Shown here: positions 48,010 to 59,718 of the stretch, piece after piece
Numbering within the stretch: position 1 is the stretch's first letter
Layout: every line of letters starts with the position of its first letter
Origin: Sphagnum compactum
Lineage: Eukaryota
Direction of reading: 5' to 3'
Length of the DNA: 64,000 bases
Assembly: GCA_965153455.1 (NCBI GenBank)
Contig: OZ234493.1
Coordinates: 6,996,213-7,060,212, forward strand
Translations under genes and position numbers: made by a program
The notes under the pieces: generated by a model
What the model saw: only the letters and a program-made list of their open reading frames with translations
Told to the model about the DNA's origin: nothing
Databases searched by the model: none

Positions 48010-50539
48010 AGATGCAATGCAACCAAATTTGAGTCTTGTTTTCACACTCAACCTCAATCTTAAATTCTTTGCTCCACCATCAGTAGAGCAGTCAGCCTTA
48101 ATGAGTCCGTAACTGAGAGATAAGCTCTAACCATTTCTGGCTAGTGCATGAGCCACAAATGATATGTGCATTATGCTTGAGGCAATTCATTCAATAAGCT
48201 GTTTTGTTCCTTTGACTGCTCATATTTGACCTCCATGTAGAATAGTAGCAAATGCAAGTGTGAAGTTGATCTTGGGGTCTTGTTTCAAATGCATGTGAGT
48301 GCTTCTGGTATTGCCGATTGTCAGGGTCATGGCAAAATTTCATGGAATGTAGCTCTTGGAACTACACACTGAATTAAGAAGCCAAATGAAGTTCCAGGCT
48401 AAGGGCTTTCCTCCATCAACACAACAAAATCTGTTCATAACATTGTCCATGGATGATAAGGCCATCAGTGGGCAGGGACCTGTGCTTAATTATGGGGATG
48501 TTATGATAGGACTAACATGTAATAAAGTACAGGTTCTTGCCCATTGAGTACCCTATCATCCATGCCCAATTGCTGTTGGAAGGTCACTGAATTCAAGTTC
48601 GTGTTTTCTTTTTCTCAGTTTTTGGGGGTTGGCACTCTTCTTCCTACTTAATGCTCTGTTGTTGGATCTAGATCTATATTACCCTATTATTGTGCCGTCC
48701 CTTGATTCTCTTCAGGCTGCCTTAGATTGTATAACTATGGAGTTCTCTATGCTTCTAAATTATATTGACAGGATAATGACAATTGTAAGGAAAATGACAC
48801 CAAACTTGCAAGTCATATGTGCCTACATGTATTCAACCTTATGGGTTATATTAAGCAATATAATAGTGTTGTAATATCATGTCTGGAAAGAATTCCAAAG
48901 CTCGGAAGCACATGTGTAAGTGTGCTAGAAGCTTATATAGTCCCGAATGCAATTTTTGTGATGTGCAATTTGTTTTTGCAGTATTGTGCTTACTAATGCT
49001 TGTTGAAGTGGCACAAACATGAGCATAGACCATACTCTAATTTTCAGAATAGTAACAGGGGTCCAAAGAGATATGGCACCCAGATAAACAACAGTAGCAT
49101 GTGATGGCAGTGTTATGGTTGTCTTTGGCATCTGGATCTAGTTGTTTCCAGTTGGTTTTGTACTGTGTAATCATTTGTGGCTCTGTGTTAAGTCTAATGC
49201 TGAAAGAAAGGTGAAGCTTGTCTGATGATGATAAGGTCTAATTCATTAAGCATGTATTTATTTTCTTCCTGTGAGGTTCTTGAAGGTTGGAGTGTTGCCT
49301 ATGTGTGATGGGCATCCCACACATTGAAATATTGCCGAGGTTCTAGGTTGTCTTCTAATTGATCCTTGTTGTGAGATGGAACACATTGTGGGTTGTTTTT
49401 GTTTTGCATTGCACATGTTACTCTTCATCTTTTGCTCGTTTCTCTTTTTTTTGAATTAAAGAATGCTTCTCATCTATAAATATTGGTGGTGCACAAGAAA
49501 AACATTTGATGGGTTCTAGTTTTTGAAGCATTTTTTTTTGTTTGAGCAGTTATGGAGGTTGCAGGTTACCTTTGTGGTCTATATATGTCAATTGGTTATT
49601 TTGACGTTCACTAAGAAAACCATGGTTGATATTGGCATCCTTTCTACTTAGGAACATGAGTGATTATCTTTGTTTTGAGCTCTAAAGTTATTCATTGAGG
49701 AAGGTTATTGTGCGATTGATTGGTTTTTGTTTATAAATAGATGCCCTCCATTTCTTCTTACACAAGCTTCAAGTTTTTGAATGGAACTGGTTCTTAGGTT
49801 GAGTGTATTGTAGATTTGAACAGTGTGGATGGGGTATGAAGATGGGGTATGAAGATGAAATTGTGGGTGGTATCTGAGTTGTATTATTATAGTGGTTTAC
49901 ACATTTTGTGTGTAGGTTAATATCACAATGGGCATTAATAGTGTGATCATGCCAACAATATCTGGCCAATATGGTAAAATACTCTTTGGTGGCACACATA
50001 GAACATCTATTATTTGGGTGGAACATGAATTTCTAACCACCCATTGAGCATTTATTGTTTTTCTGGAACATGAATTTCAACTTTAGCTATGACAAGCAAT
50101 TATCTATGGTGGAAGTGACATAACCACAAGTCACCAACATTGGCATCTTATTCTTGGAATGACGCCATTGTCAATGTGAATATTGGTATAACATGGGCAA
50201 TGCAATGCTTTATGTGCTATCAAGTGACAAAAGGTCTTGCCATATTGGTAATGCACTTTAGATGCAAGAGAAGTTTGACAACTCGTTAATCGACAATGAG
50301 AGTAGCCTTATAAAAATATCAAGAAAAGAGCGAGTTTAAAGTTGGGTGAGGATGAGTATAAGAAGACACATTTTTTGGCAACACAATATGTTAAGAAAAC
50401 TGTTAGATCATCACCTACCCAAGAAAAGGCATGGAACCATCATTTTAGTACTAATGAATTGTTTAGAGCATCTAAACACCTAAGCCTTTTGTAAAGAATA
50501 ATCCATAAAAAAAAAGTTTTATATTCAAATATCTTCATT

Positions 50540-51150
50540 TGTTTATTATCAACTCTCACATGCCATTCTAGACAATGGAAATTATTTGTTTGGCTGAATT
50601 ATGTTTTCAATTTTGTCTCAAGGTTGTCTTCTCATCATTTGCAAATGAAATGTTGCCACATATAGTAGGAAAAACCTTGAAAACTTATTTTTCTACATTA
50701 TCTACATTCATTTCAAATCACTCCTACTTCTAGTCTTTGGACGTTGAAGAATGCCATGACACTTGCAATAATTTTGGAACTTTTATCTTCTAATATTTGA
50801 TTGAGAACCCAAGCACATCATGATAGGTCTCTACAAAGCTAATGTCACTTCAAGTATTGGTATAGCAATTAAATTATAATAGTTTATTCATATGATGTGT
50901 TAAATGCGTTGTCAAAAATGAAGGTGCAAACTGATGTAACATGACAAAAGCATTGGGATCAATTATTAATTGCAAAATAGTTGGGTTGAATGTTGTTCAT
51001 CAAAAATTTGTTTTGGATATGCAATATCGAAAGCCAATAAATATAACACATATAATAATAAAAAGTGCAAAAATTTATTGGTTGTCTTCATCAAACAAGC
51101 TCAAGTTGAAAATATAATTGTGGATTGTGACATAAGGCTTGCCAAGACTC
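50540..51150 (+). mobile_element. Decayed hAT transposase fragment, same family as 7870-9500
   Basis: VKNEGAN*CNMTKALGSIINC and ICFGYAISKANKY (about 50910-51040) parallel YVKNEGLNLNIM..NC..CFGH.FSKAC at about 8045-8180. Confidence 0.55.
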
Positions 51151-52319
51151 ACAGATGAAATCATTTAAACTAAATATGCCAATGAAGACAATGTTAGTAT
51201 TGGATTTGTGTTCATATTTGGATTACTCAACTTTGAAATTAGTTCAATTTTTCGTCGTATCTTTTTAAACATTGAAATTTGATTGAAGGCTAACTACTTC
51301 GTCAGAGAATGTTAAAAAATTAATGATTTTGTTAGATTTGTGAATGTTTCTCTTCTTAATAAAGGTTTTAAAGTTTTGGCCTATCATACAAAGCAACCCT
51401 TGGCATTTCAAGTTGGAGTTCCTTCACCAAGTCAGCAATGATTTAAGATGTAAATGTTCTTTCACTTGTGGTCAAAGATTGTGTGCAAAATCAATTTTGA
51501 AGTCACTAGCAACACTTGCACACCCTTGACATCACACCTTTCACTTTGCGCATGAAGTTCAAGGAATATGTCTCAAACATGTGTAATAGCACTCCTTCGT
51601 TAACTTGGAGAATGAATTGGTTGATTAGGGAATTTGTATGAAGCAAGAAATCATATAAGTAATGCCCTCCTTTTGTATTTTGTGCAGTCTTACATAGGAA
51701 GAAGGCCCACAATATGTTGGTTCTTTCACATGATCCCAATTTTAAAACTCTTGGCTTTATTAATACCTTGCTTTACAATGGCCATGTCAAAACATCAAAG
51801 GTTGTGGAAGATGGGTATAATAAGTCATTGATGCCTTTGCTCTTGAAGTGTGGAAGTCAATGATTTTTGGTTGATATCAACTCAGGCAATTAAGAAACTT
51901 ATGCTACAAACAATCTTGATATCTTCAAGATTAGAACCACTAAAAATATTTTTAGAAACTAGTTTTTTCTTTTGCCTCTTTTCAATCAATCTTGAGAATG
52001 TGAAGTGTCAATTTGAAATGGTAGGGTGCATATGAGGGCATGCTTTCAAAAGTGGGGTTCCTCACATGATAATGTTGTGAAATCTCAACAGTCGAATAAA
52101 GACAAAATGGATAGTTTCACTTGCAAGATTACATTCACAATCCTTGCCAACATCCCCAAAACCTTACATGACTATCCTTACCCAAACATTGAATTTAGGA
52201 AAGGAAAAGGATCCTTGCATGGGAAAGATGTCAAATCCACAAAAGTCATTTAGAGGAAGTACACATGCATGGAATTTATGTCATTTGCATGATATCTTAT
52301 GTAAATCATCATGATTTAC

Positions 52320-54010
52320 CACTGAAGAATCATTGTAACAACACTGTATCAGAGTGGAGCTTTGCATGAGGGTCCAGAGTTTCCTTGTTGGAGACAAAAG
52401 GACGCCTGCCTCCAAAACCAGGCTCATAGGTTGGTCATATGCTCTGAGATCACTGAGCATGAAGCTTTGTCGTTCTTCTATGTTTCATTTGGCAAAGTTG
52501 GGTCCTTCAGCCAGCACATGCTGTTTCATTATCATAGGTGTGGCCAATTTGCACAGAGGGCTAAGTCCCGTGGTCTCTCTCCTTGTACATCATCAATTGA
52601 AGTCTTTTATGCATCTTTGGTTGAATTTTCTGCATCATCGTGCTTTGTTCCTGTATTGGGTGAATGTTTCAAGTATCATTCTCTGTTCATGCTGGATATG
52701 GGTCAATTGCAATGCCTGTTTTGCATCACCCTCCTTTTCACAAGCTTAGTGGTTGTCTTTTGTGAAGCAAGTCACAAGATTTTGGTTAATCTGCTAATCG
52801 ACTGTTTTGTCCATAAGCTAGTTCAGATCACTGTTGAGTACTAAGGGTTGTAGAGGAGATATTGTCATTTGCCCTGCAGTGGGATTTGAGAATGGGAACT
52901 TGCTAGTTAGTAAAATGCTCCTTTCAAGGAGCCCCTTAGTAGTCACATGTTTTTCATTATTGACTCTGTCTGAATGTGCAGGACACGATTCAGAATTTTG
53001 AATATTGCAAGCAGCCACAATTCATTTATGTTCAGGTGACACTAATTAGTAGCTGCCACCCATTGACAAGAGTTGTATGAAGCTGCAGTGACCAGACTGT
53101 TGTTGTGCAAGGAGCCCTTCTACAATTGTTGCCCTCAAATACAGGCAATAATTGAATGAACATATTTGTCTCTTCATTGACTGAATTTAAGTGTCTACTC
53201 TCTGGATCTACATAGTGTTCAACTTCAACAGCTAGTGTCTTGGCTAGGTAGTGCCCTTCCAACACCTGCAAGTTCACATCCATATCAAGGTCCAGAATTT
53301 CCAAATGATGGACTCTAATGTTGCAAATGAACTTTATTTTGACTATCATTTCACTGATGGAGAGGCTCAGTCTTCGTTGCCTAGTTTGAAAGTAAATGGA
53401 TTGGGCAGTCAGAGGGTGAACAGGTGAGTGATTGTATGCTCAAGGAGAGGAAGACAGCACAGGGAGGGGGATCAGGTATTTTGTAGACTCTGCTGCAATT
53501 AGTAGTAAGGCATGTCACCTGTGTGTTAACCTCTTTCTTGTCCCTCTTTTATCAAGTATATCAACGTCTGGAATAACCTTGCAATTTCAGTGGAGTCTTG
53601 GTGGCAAGTCCTTTGAAGATACTGAAGATCCCGGTATTACCAGCATGCACCTTGGAAGATTTAAATATACAGATCGTGTCATAAGTGCAATGGCATTCCA
53701 TGTTATGGTTTTGGGATTCTTTTACAAAGGTGAACTGTCCAAAACTCTTCATTCTGGTTTTTGTGAAAGCTTCTGATCACTATTTTGAAGAACAGGATAA
53801 GCTTGCTTTTCCCTAGAACTACTTCTCAATGCTCAAAAGCTCAAATAGCTGGGCATTTTAGAAGTCGAGAAGAGTGTCAAAGTAGACTGGTGCTAAGATC
53901 TGGCATTAGTGAATTAGCTGGTATCAAAGTGAAGTCAAACCAGCATGTATTCATCTCTGAGGTTGAGACTTGAGACTGGGGCTGAGATCTGGGTATTGTG
54001 ACTTAGCTGA
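52320..54010 (-). pseudogene. Possible decayed large exon of an unidentified gene
   Basis: Non-repetitive and visibly less AT-rich than the flanks. Bounded by CTTTGCAG| (54011) and |GTAAAT (52319). Long minus-strand frames with scattered stops. No recognisable domain. Confidence 0.3.
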
Positions 54011-54727
54011 CTGCAAAGTGTAAGTCAAAAGAACTTGTTCAGTTATTTCCTGCATGACATTGGAAGCTTGCATCAGAGGTAAAGTGTGCATACATGGACC
54101 ACATGGCTCTTAATACAATCTTAGCACTCAAAAACATGTCTCATAAAAAATTTCAAAAGAGGAGTTTAAAGATGGTATTTAACTTACAATCCTGTGACTT
54201 GCCTTGATTCTCTACAATGATTAAAATAAAATATGCCACAACTGCAAGTAGATAATGATACAAGAGAGGAAGAAGGTCATATGATATATGTAGGTGTTGG
54301 CACTTAAAAGCACAAAAGGGTTCCATCCAGTCAAAATGTGAAGTCTGAATTATTGTGTTGAAAATATACAGGGTTAGTCTCATTTTAATTCAAGACCAGA
54401 ACCTGTTCTGTGGGGGCCAGGGGGTGTATCTAAATCAAATACAAGACCATAATACATAGGTAAATTTTTTTTCTATCACCACTGTGTTTAAAAGCTAACT
54501 GACTTGGAATCAAGACTATCCACAATTCTCAGGCTAGGCATATTCAATACATAGGAATAAAAGAAAAGATACAAGTATATAAAGGTAGCAAACACAAATA
54601 CCCAACAGAGTGACAGACTATGATTTATGTATTTGCTGTACAGTGCATCTAGATAGTCAGCAAAAATAAAACTCTAGAAAATGTGCCTAGAACTATAAAC
54701 AAGTATTACCGCTGTTTATAAAAGAAA

Positions 54728-56459
54728 CTAGACTTCTGCACTGCCTACTTTGGCCTTCAGTGCCAGGTGACAAACATCACTGTCACCAATGTCCACCCAA
54801 ACCTCATTCAGACGCCCAAAGATTTGGAATGGGCTACTGTATTGTGCAATTGCGTAGACATCCTCTCCATCTTTGGGCTTCAGATCTGTAGCATTTGCCC
54901 ATGGGGTTTTCTGGAGACTTGCCTCCAGCAAGGCTGCCTGCTTTGCAACATTGCTGTCTTTAGCAAAGCCTGAAAATGGCCGCACTGCAACACACTTTTC
55001 TCCCCATTTCTCCGCTTTGAGGTGTAACTCGGGCAGAGCAGTGGGGGGGGACTCCTGAAACTCAACTGGTACATAGAAACGCACAGCAAAGGCTGAAGAG
55101 CAAAATGGCCCTGCTGATGGCACTATGCCTGTCAACACTGGTTTAGTCATGGGAACCCGAGAACTGTTCAAGTTGGCACCCTGGATGTATTGGAACAACC
55201 TGTGCCCCCATAAAGAGTCAGACACCAAACACATGTGCAAGTCAGAGACCAATTGCCATTCCATCATCTCATTCCTAAGGTCAAGATCTCTGTGTCATCA
55301 CCCCATAGATGACTTCCAACAATCTCCCAGTAGCTAACAATCTTCATACTTATCATCTACATGTAATGCTGCTTAATCATCGTAGAAGACTCCCACTCAA
55401 GGACACCAACCCTTGATGAGACAGATTGGTTGTCTCTTCTCCACTATACCAGACATTATTAACATGCCAATAGATTGCATAACATGGACAAGAAATTCCT
55501 ATTATTTCAGATTGGAGGAAAGAGAGAGCAGCACACTTCACATGGAAAAACTCCTGTGTAGTTGAAATTTTTTCTTTGGTCATTGAAGCTCATGGCACAC
55601 AGTTGCTAACTAGGGAGAAGAGACTGCAACAAAAAAGTATATCTTCTGCATAATTTGCACCACCTCATGAGTGACTTCCCTCCAGAAGCTCAATTACGTT
55701 GTGGAAACATCAGGTGCCAATCTTCTCTGAATCAATCTGAAACTATGTGAAACAAAAAATACAAGGGATAATTGCACAGTTTCAAGAGAAAGAGACACCT
55801 AGACATTCAAACCCTAATGTATCACATAACCATCATTTAAGAACAGTCCCAAAAATGTGGATGCAATAACAATCTAAACCAGAATTGTGACATGCCATTC
55901 ACCCACATGACAAGGCTAGAAGATGTCGCATTCAAGAAAAATTTCTCTGACATCTTACAGAAACCCTACATCCCAGCTGGTCAAAGGCTAAAAGAAATGA
56001 GCACCAATGCATACAACCCTCTTCCAACTGAGCCATGCCATGCCCAAATTTGCCTATCAACTTCTGGATTCCTTGACAAACTTGGCACTGCAAAGCTCAA
56101 TCTGCCCCGGACTACAATCAGAAGCACACCTTCCTTCCACCTCCACGAGGATATGTACTTCGATGTGTGTGTATGTCGGCGCGCGTGTGTAAAGATACGG
56201 AGAACGGAAAGTGGAAGGGTCGCCTGGGGAAAGAAACAAGTACTAACCTGTGGAAACCGAGCTGGGTGGCCTGGTTGAAGGAGATCTCGTCGACAGTAGC
56301 AGACACCCAGACACTGGAGCGTATCACTCGGATCTCAAAATCAGACTCCGAATGCACCACAGTGTATGTGGGACTCTCAATTGCCGCAAACACTGCCATA
56401 GTAGTAGTCATTACCATCAAAATCATGAACCTGAGCCATCCTCTTGCCACCACCTCCAT
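54728..56459 (-). CDS. SOUL/heme-binding protein family (plant HBP-like) with an N-terminal signal peptide; exons 56459-56248 and 55199-54728; 227 aa
   Basis: Hydrophobic N-terminus, then IESPTYTVVHSESDFEIR, GFHR|LFQYIQGANLNSSRVPMTKPV, VAVRPFSGFA and IAQYSSPFQIFGRLNEVW. GT at 56247 and AG at 55200; the phase-2 join gives Arg in frame. Confidence 0.93.
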
Positions 56460-57399
56460 GGCTTCTTCTGGCCTTCTCTCCGCTCAGATACCCTAGCTAG
56501 CGATGTTTAGGCCGACCGCAAAATCTCGCACAAATCCCACAAGCTTGAAACGCGACGACGCAAAGCATTAGAATTGTTGTTGTTGCGTGTTTGTGTTGGA
56601 AAAGGCTAAAGGGGTTGTGGATGAAGAAGAAGCTTGTAGAAGCTTTTTGGCCACAAGCTTTCTTTTCTGTTCAAGCCTGGATCTTGGCTTTGTGAGTGAG
56701 TGAGTGGATATGGGGGGGGGGGGGGGGGATGGATGTATATCACATGGCTGGGTTTGTCTTTTCATCCAGGATCATTGCTCTCTCTCTATCACTCAATTTC
56801 CAACCAGGGTACCTACCTAACCTAACTACCTTACCCTAAGGTCAGGTGTATCATTTAAATAATCCTCAAAATAGTGAAGTGAATTTTTGTGAAAATAAGA
56901 GTTTGACATGTTGAAAATCATCATAATTATCATTCGCTACATTCTGAATAATTTCACTATTCATATCACAATATCATGGTAGATGATAGAAAAAATAATA
57001 ATATAATATGATATATAATTTTAAAAACAAATTCATTTTTTGAAAAAAAAAATTATTTGTTTTGTCAATGTGGAAATTGACCCTAGGCTATGGGTCGACC
57101 ATATACGACCTAATGGACACTACCTATTCTTATCATGACAATGGATGAAGAATAAAATGATCAACATCCTCAAAATATTTTTTCATTGTGAACATGCAAC
57201 TTAGACCTAAGCTAGTCTAGGGCTTGGAAACTAATAGTAATGGGTGCAGAAAGGTCTCATTCACCACCAAACCTATGGGCAGTCTCCTCACCAATTGCCT
57301 CAATGGTCTCGAGTTTCCAAGCTTTACCTTGCCCTACAACTAAACTCCTCCCTCTTAAGTCTTCCTTCTTGCAACACTCAAGCCATAAATTCTTGTTCT

Positions 57400-58160
57400 C
57401 CTTTTAATGGTATTGACTTGTGCTTTGTGGGCTTGTGGTCTTATGGTTTTGGATTATGCTCTTCTTTGCATCGTGGTGGTTTCGAGTGCTTTTCCTTTAA
57501 GTTTCGTCTTGATGGTTTTGATTGCTTTTCATCTTCATTGTGTCTTGATGGTTCCAAATGTTCTTTATATGAGTTCTCATGTTTTGATGGTTTTGAATTT
57601 GTCTTGGTAGTCCTAAGTGTTCATTTTCATTTTGTTTCAATGGTTGAAAGTTTGTCTTGGTAGTCCTTAGTAAGTGCTCTTCTTTTGAGTTTTGCTTTAG
57701 TGGTCCCAAGTTTTTTTCGATGGTTTCAAGTTTTTTTTCATTTGAATTTTGAATTTTGTTTGAGTGGTCTAGAATGTTCTTCATTCAAGTTTTATTTTGG
57801 TGGTCTTTAGTTCATCTTGGTGGTCCCAAGTGTTTTTCATCTAAATTTTGTCTCAATGGTCAAATGTCTTTGGTTTTTTTGGTGTCTTAGTGGTTCAAAA
57901 TTCATCTCGATGGTTTTGCGTGCTCTTGGTCTTCTTTGTGACTCAATGGTGTTGTGTTCATGTTGACAATCTCAAGTTCTAGAGGTGGTTTGATCGCTTG
58001 TGATGTTTTTTTGGTCTTTTTAGTGATTTCAACTTATGTTCATTTGGTCTTTTTGATGGTTTTAATGCTTTTGAAGCTTTTCTACTTACTTCTAGTCTTG
58101 GTGATTATGATTTTTGCTTTTTTGCTAATCCTAGTGGTGATTGTTTGTCTCCCTTTTACT
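57400..58160. repeat. Degenerate low-complexity tandem repeat (TTGATGGT/GTCTTGGTGGT-rich)
   Basis: Recurrent TCTTG(A/G)TGGT motif at roughly 20-30-bp spacing. It accounts for the Val/Leu/Phe-rich spurious ORFs. Confidence 0.6.
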
Positions 58161-58901
58161 TAGTCACTAGAAAGCAACAACTTTGTTATTTGATACCTTT
58201 ATGCTCATTGCGTAGCTCGCGTCTATTAAGTTATTGTTGTACATTCAAGGTTCACACCCCTATACTTGTGCAAAACTACTTGTAAGCTTACCCAAAAGTT
58301 ATGATGACATTGGTTGCCCACATCCTTTATAATTGCTAGAGACCAAGTTGTAGTGAATTGTGTTCTAGTGTGATTTTCAACTATTTTTTGAACTACATGA
58401 TTTGCCACAATCCTCAAATTCATTGTTTTTGGCCCACTTATTTTTAATCATTTTTGGTCTTCTTTTTTTCATTTCTTTTATAGTGTCTTGTCCATGGTTT
58501 TAGAAACAATATATTTAGGTATTCAATAGAGGTCATAACGTGTGATTTGGAGTAATCAACTAATCACTTTTTGCACTTTGTGCATCTTATGGGTAAATGA
58601 AGTAATGATAGCCAATTGTGCAAATTCATGGATTTTTGTGTCAAACTCAAAGGATTCTTAAGTTTTTACAATTCATGACTAAATTCATCTAGGTTACAAC
58701 ATACATATATATATAATTTTTTTTAAAAAAATTACTATAGGGTTGTGAAGCATATCTACATAATAACATTAATTGGGTTTTTAATGTTAGTAGGAAGATC
58801 TTCAACTAATTTAAATGAAGAACTATTTTAAATATATGGAAAAGTTATGTAGTTTCACATTTATTTTCCCATAGCTAACTATGGTCAGCTTATTCATATA
58901 A

Positions 58902-59718
58902 TGTCGCAACCCCACTTTGAGCAAAGTGTGAGGATGCAACTCACACTCCCAAAGTTGGGGACTTGGAGTCCTCCGGGACTCCCGAAAACTCAGAGCTCGA
59001 TTGCAGGGGTCAAAACACCTTGCATTGAAGTGTTCTTTATATCAATGAAAAGGTCTTGAAGTGTAGATGTTGAAAATGGCCTCGCATGAGCCATTTGGAC
59101 ATCTGCAGCCCAAGTTATGGGCAAAAGAAGGGCCGGGAGTCAAATTGGCAGTTTGACTCCCGACCACTAAAAGTCGGGAATCGACTTGATCCCGGTGTGT
59201 GCAGGTAGAGTGCGACACCTCGTTGAAAAGATCTCGAGGAGAGCTACAACTTTGGTTTAGACCTCACTCCAATTGGAGGTCTGAACCGGGAGATATGAGC
59301 TCCCAAAGTCCCGGGAGTCCAAATCGGGACAGTTTCGGGACTCCTCCTTGAGAGTCCCGGGAAAAAGTGCCATTCGGATGTAGCCTCAGCGGAGAGCTGT
59401 AGAGAATACTATATGGGGGAAGGTGGTGGCTTCCCCCGAGTCCGGGCCGTGATGAGTCAAGTGAGTCCAAGGTTGCCCGTGGCTTGTCCTAGCACCAAAG
59501 TGATCCAGAAAGTGTTCTAACCAACTTGTGGTTGGTTTTGATGCAGATTTGAGTAAGTGAAAAGCTTGTCACTCTTCCTAGTCCATCCCGAGGCTTCAGC
59601 ACGACCCTCTACCCCTCTTAGTGCTGAAGGCTGGAAGCGTGCCCCGAGTCCCTCCCTTTTCCGCAATTTGAACAAGTTAGCCCAACTTGGGGCTAACTAG
59701 GGACTTGGGAGCGCGTCA
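58902..59718 (+). mobile_element. Young solo LTR (817 bp)
   Basis: TG at 58902 and CA at 59718 (TGTCGC...GCGTCA, imperfect inverted ends). Identical 5-bp TSD TATAA at 58897-58901 and 59719-59723. Sharp GC/CpG-rich island in AT-rich DNA. Orientation is not certain. Confidence 0.9.
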
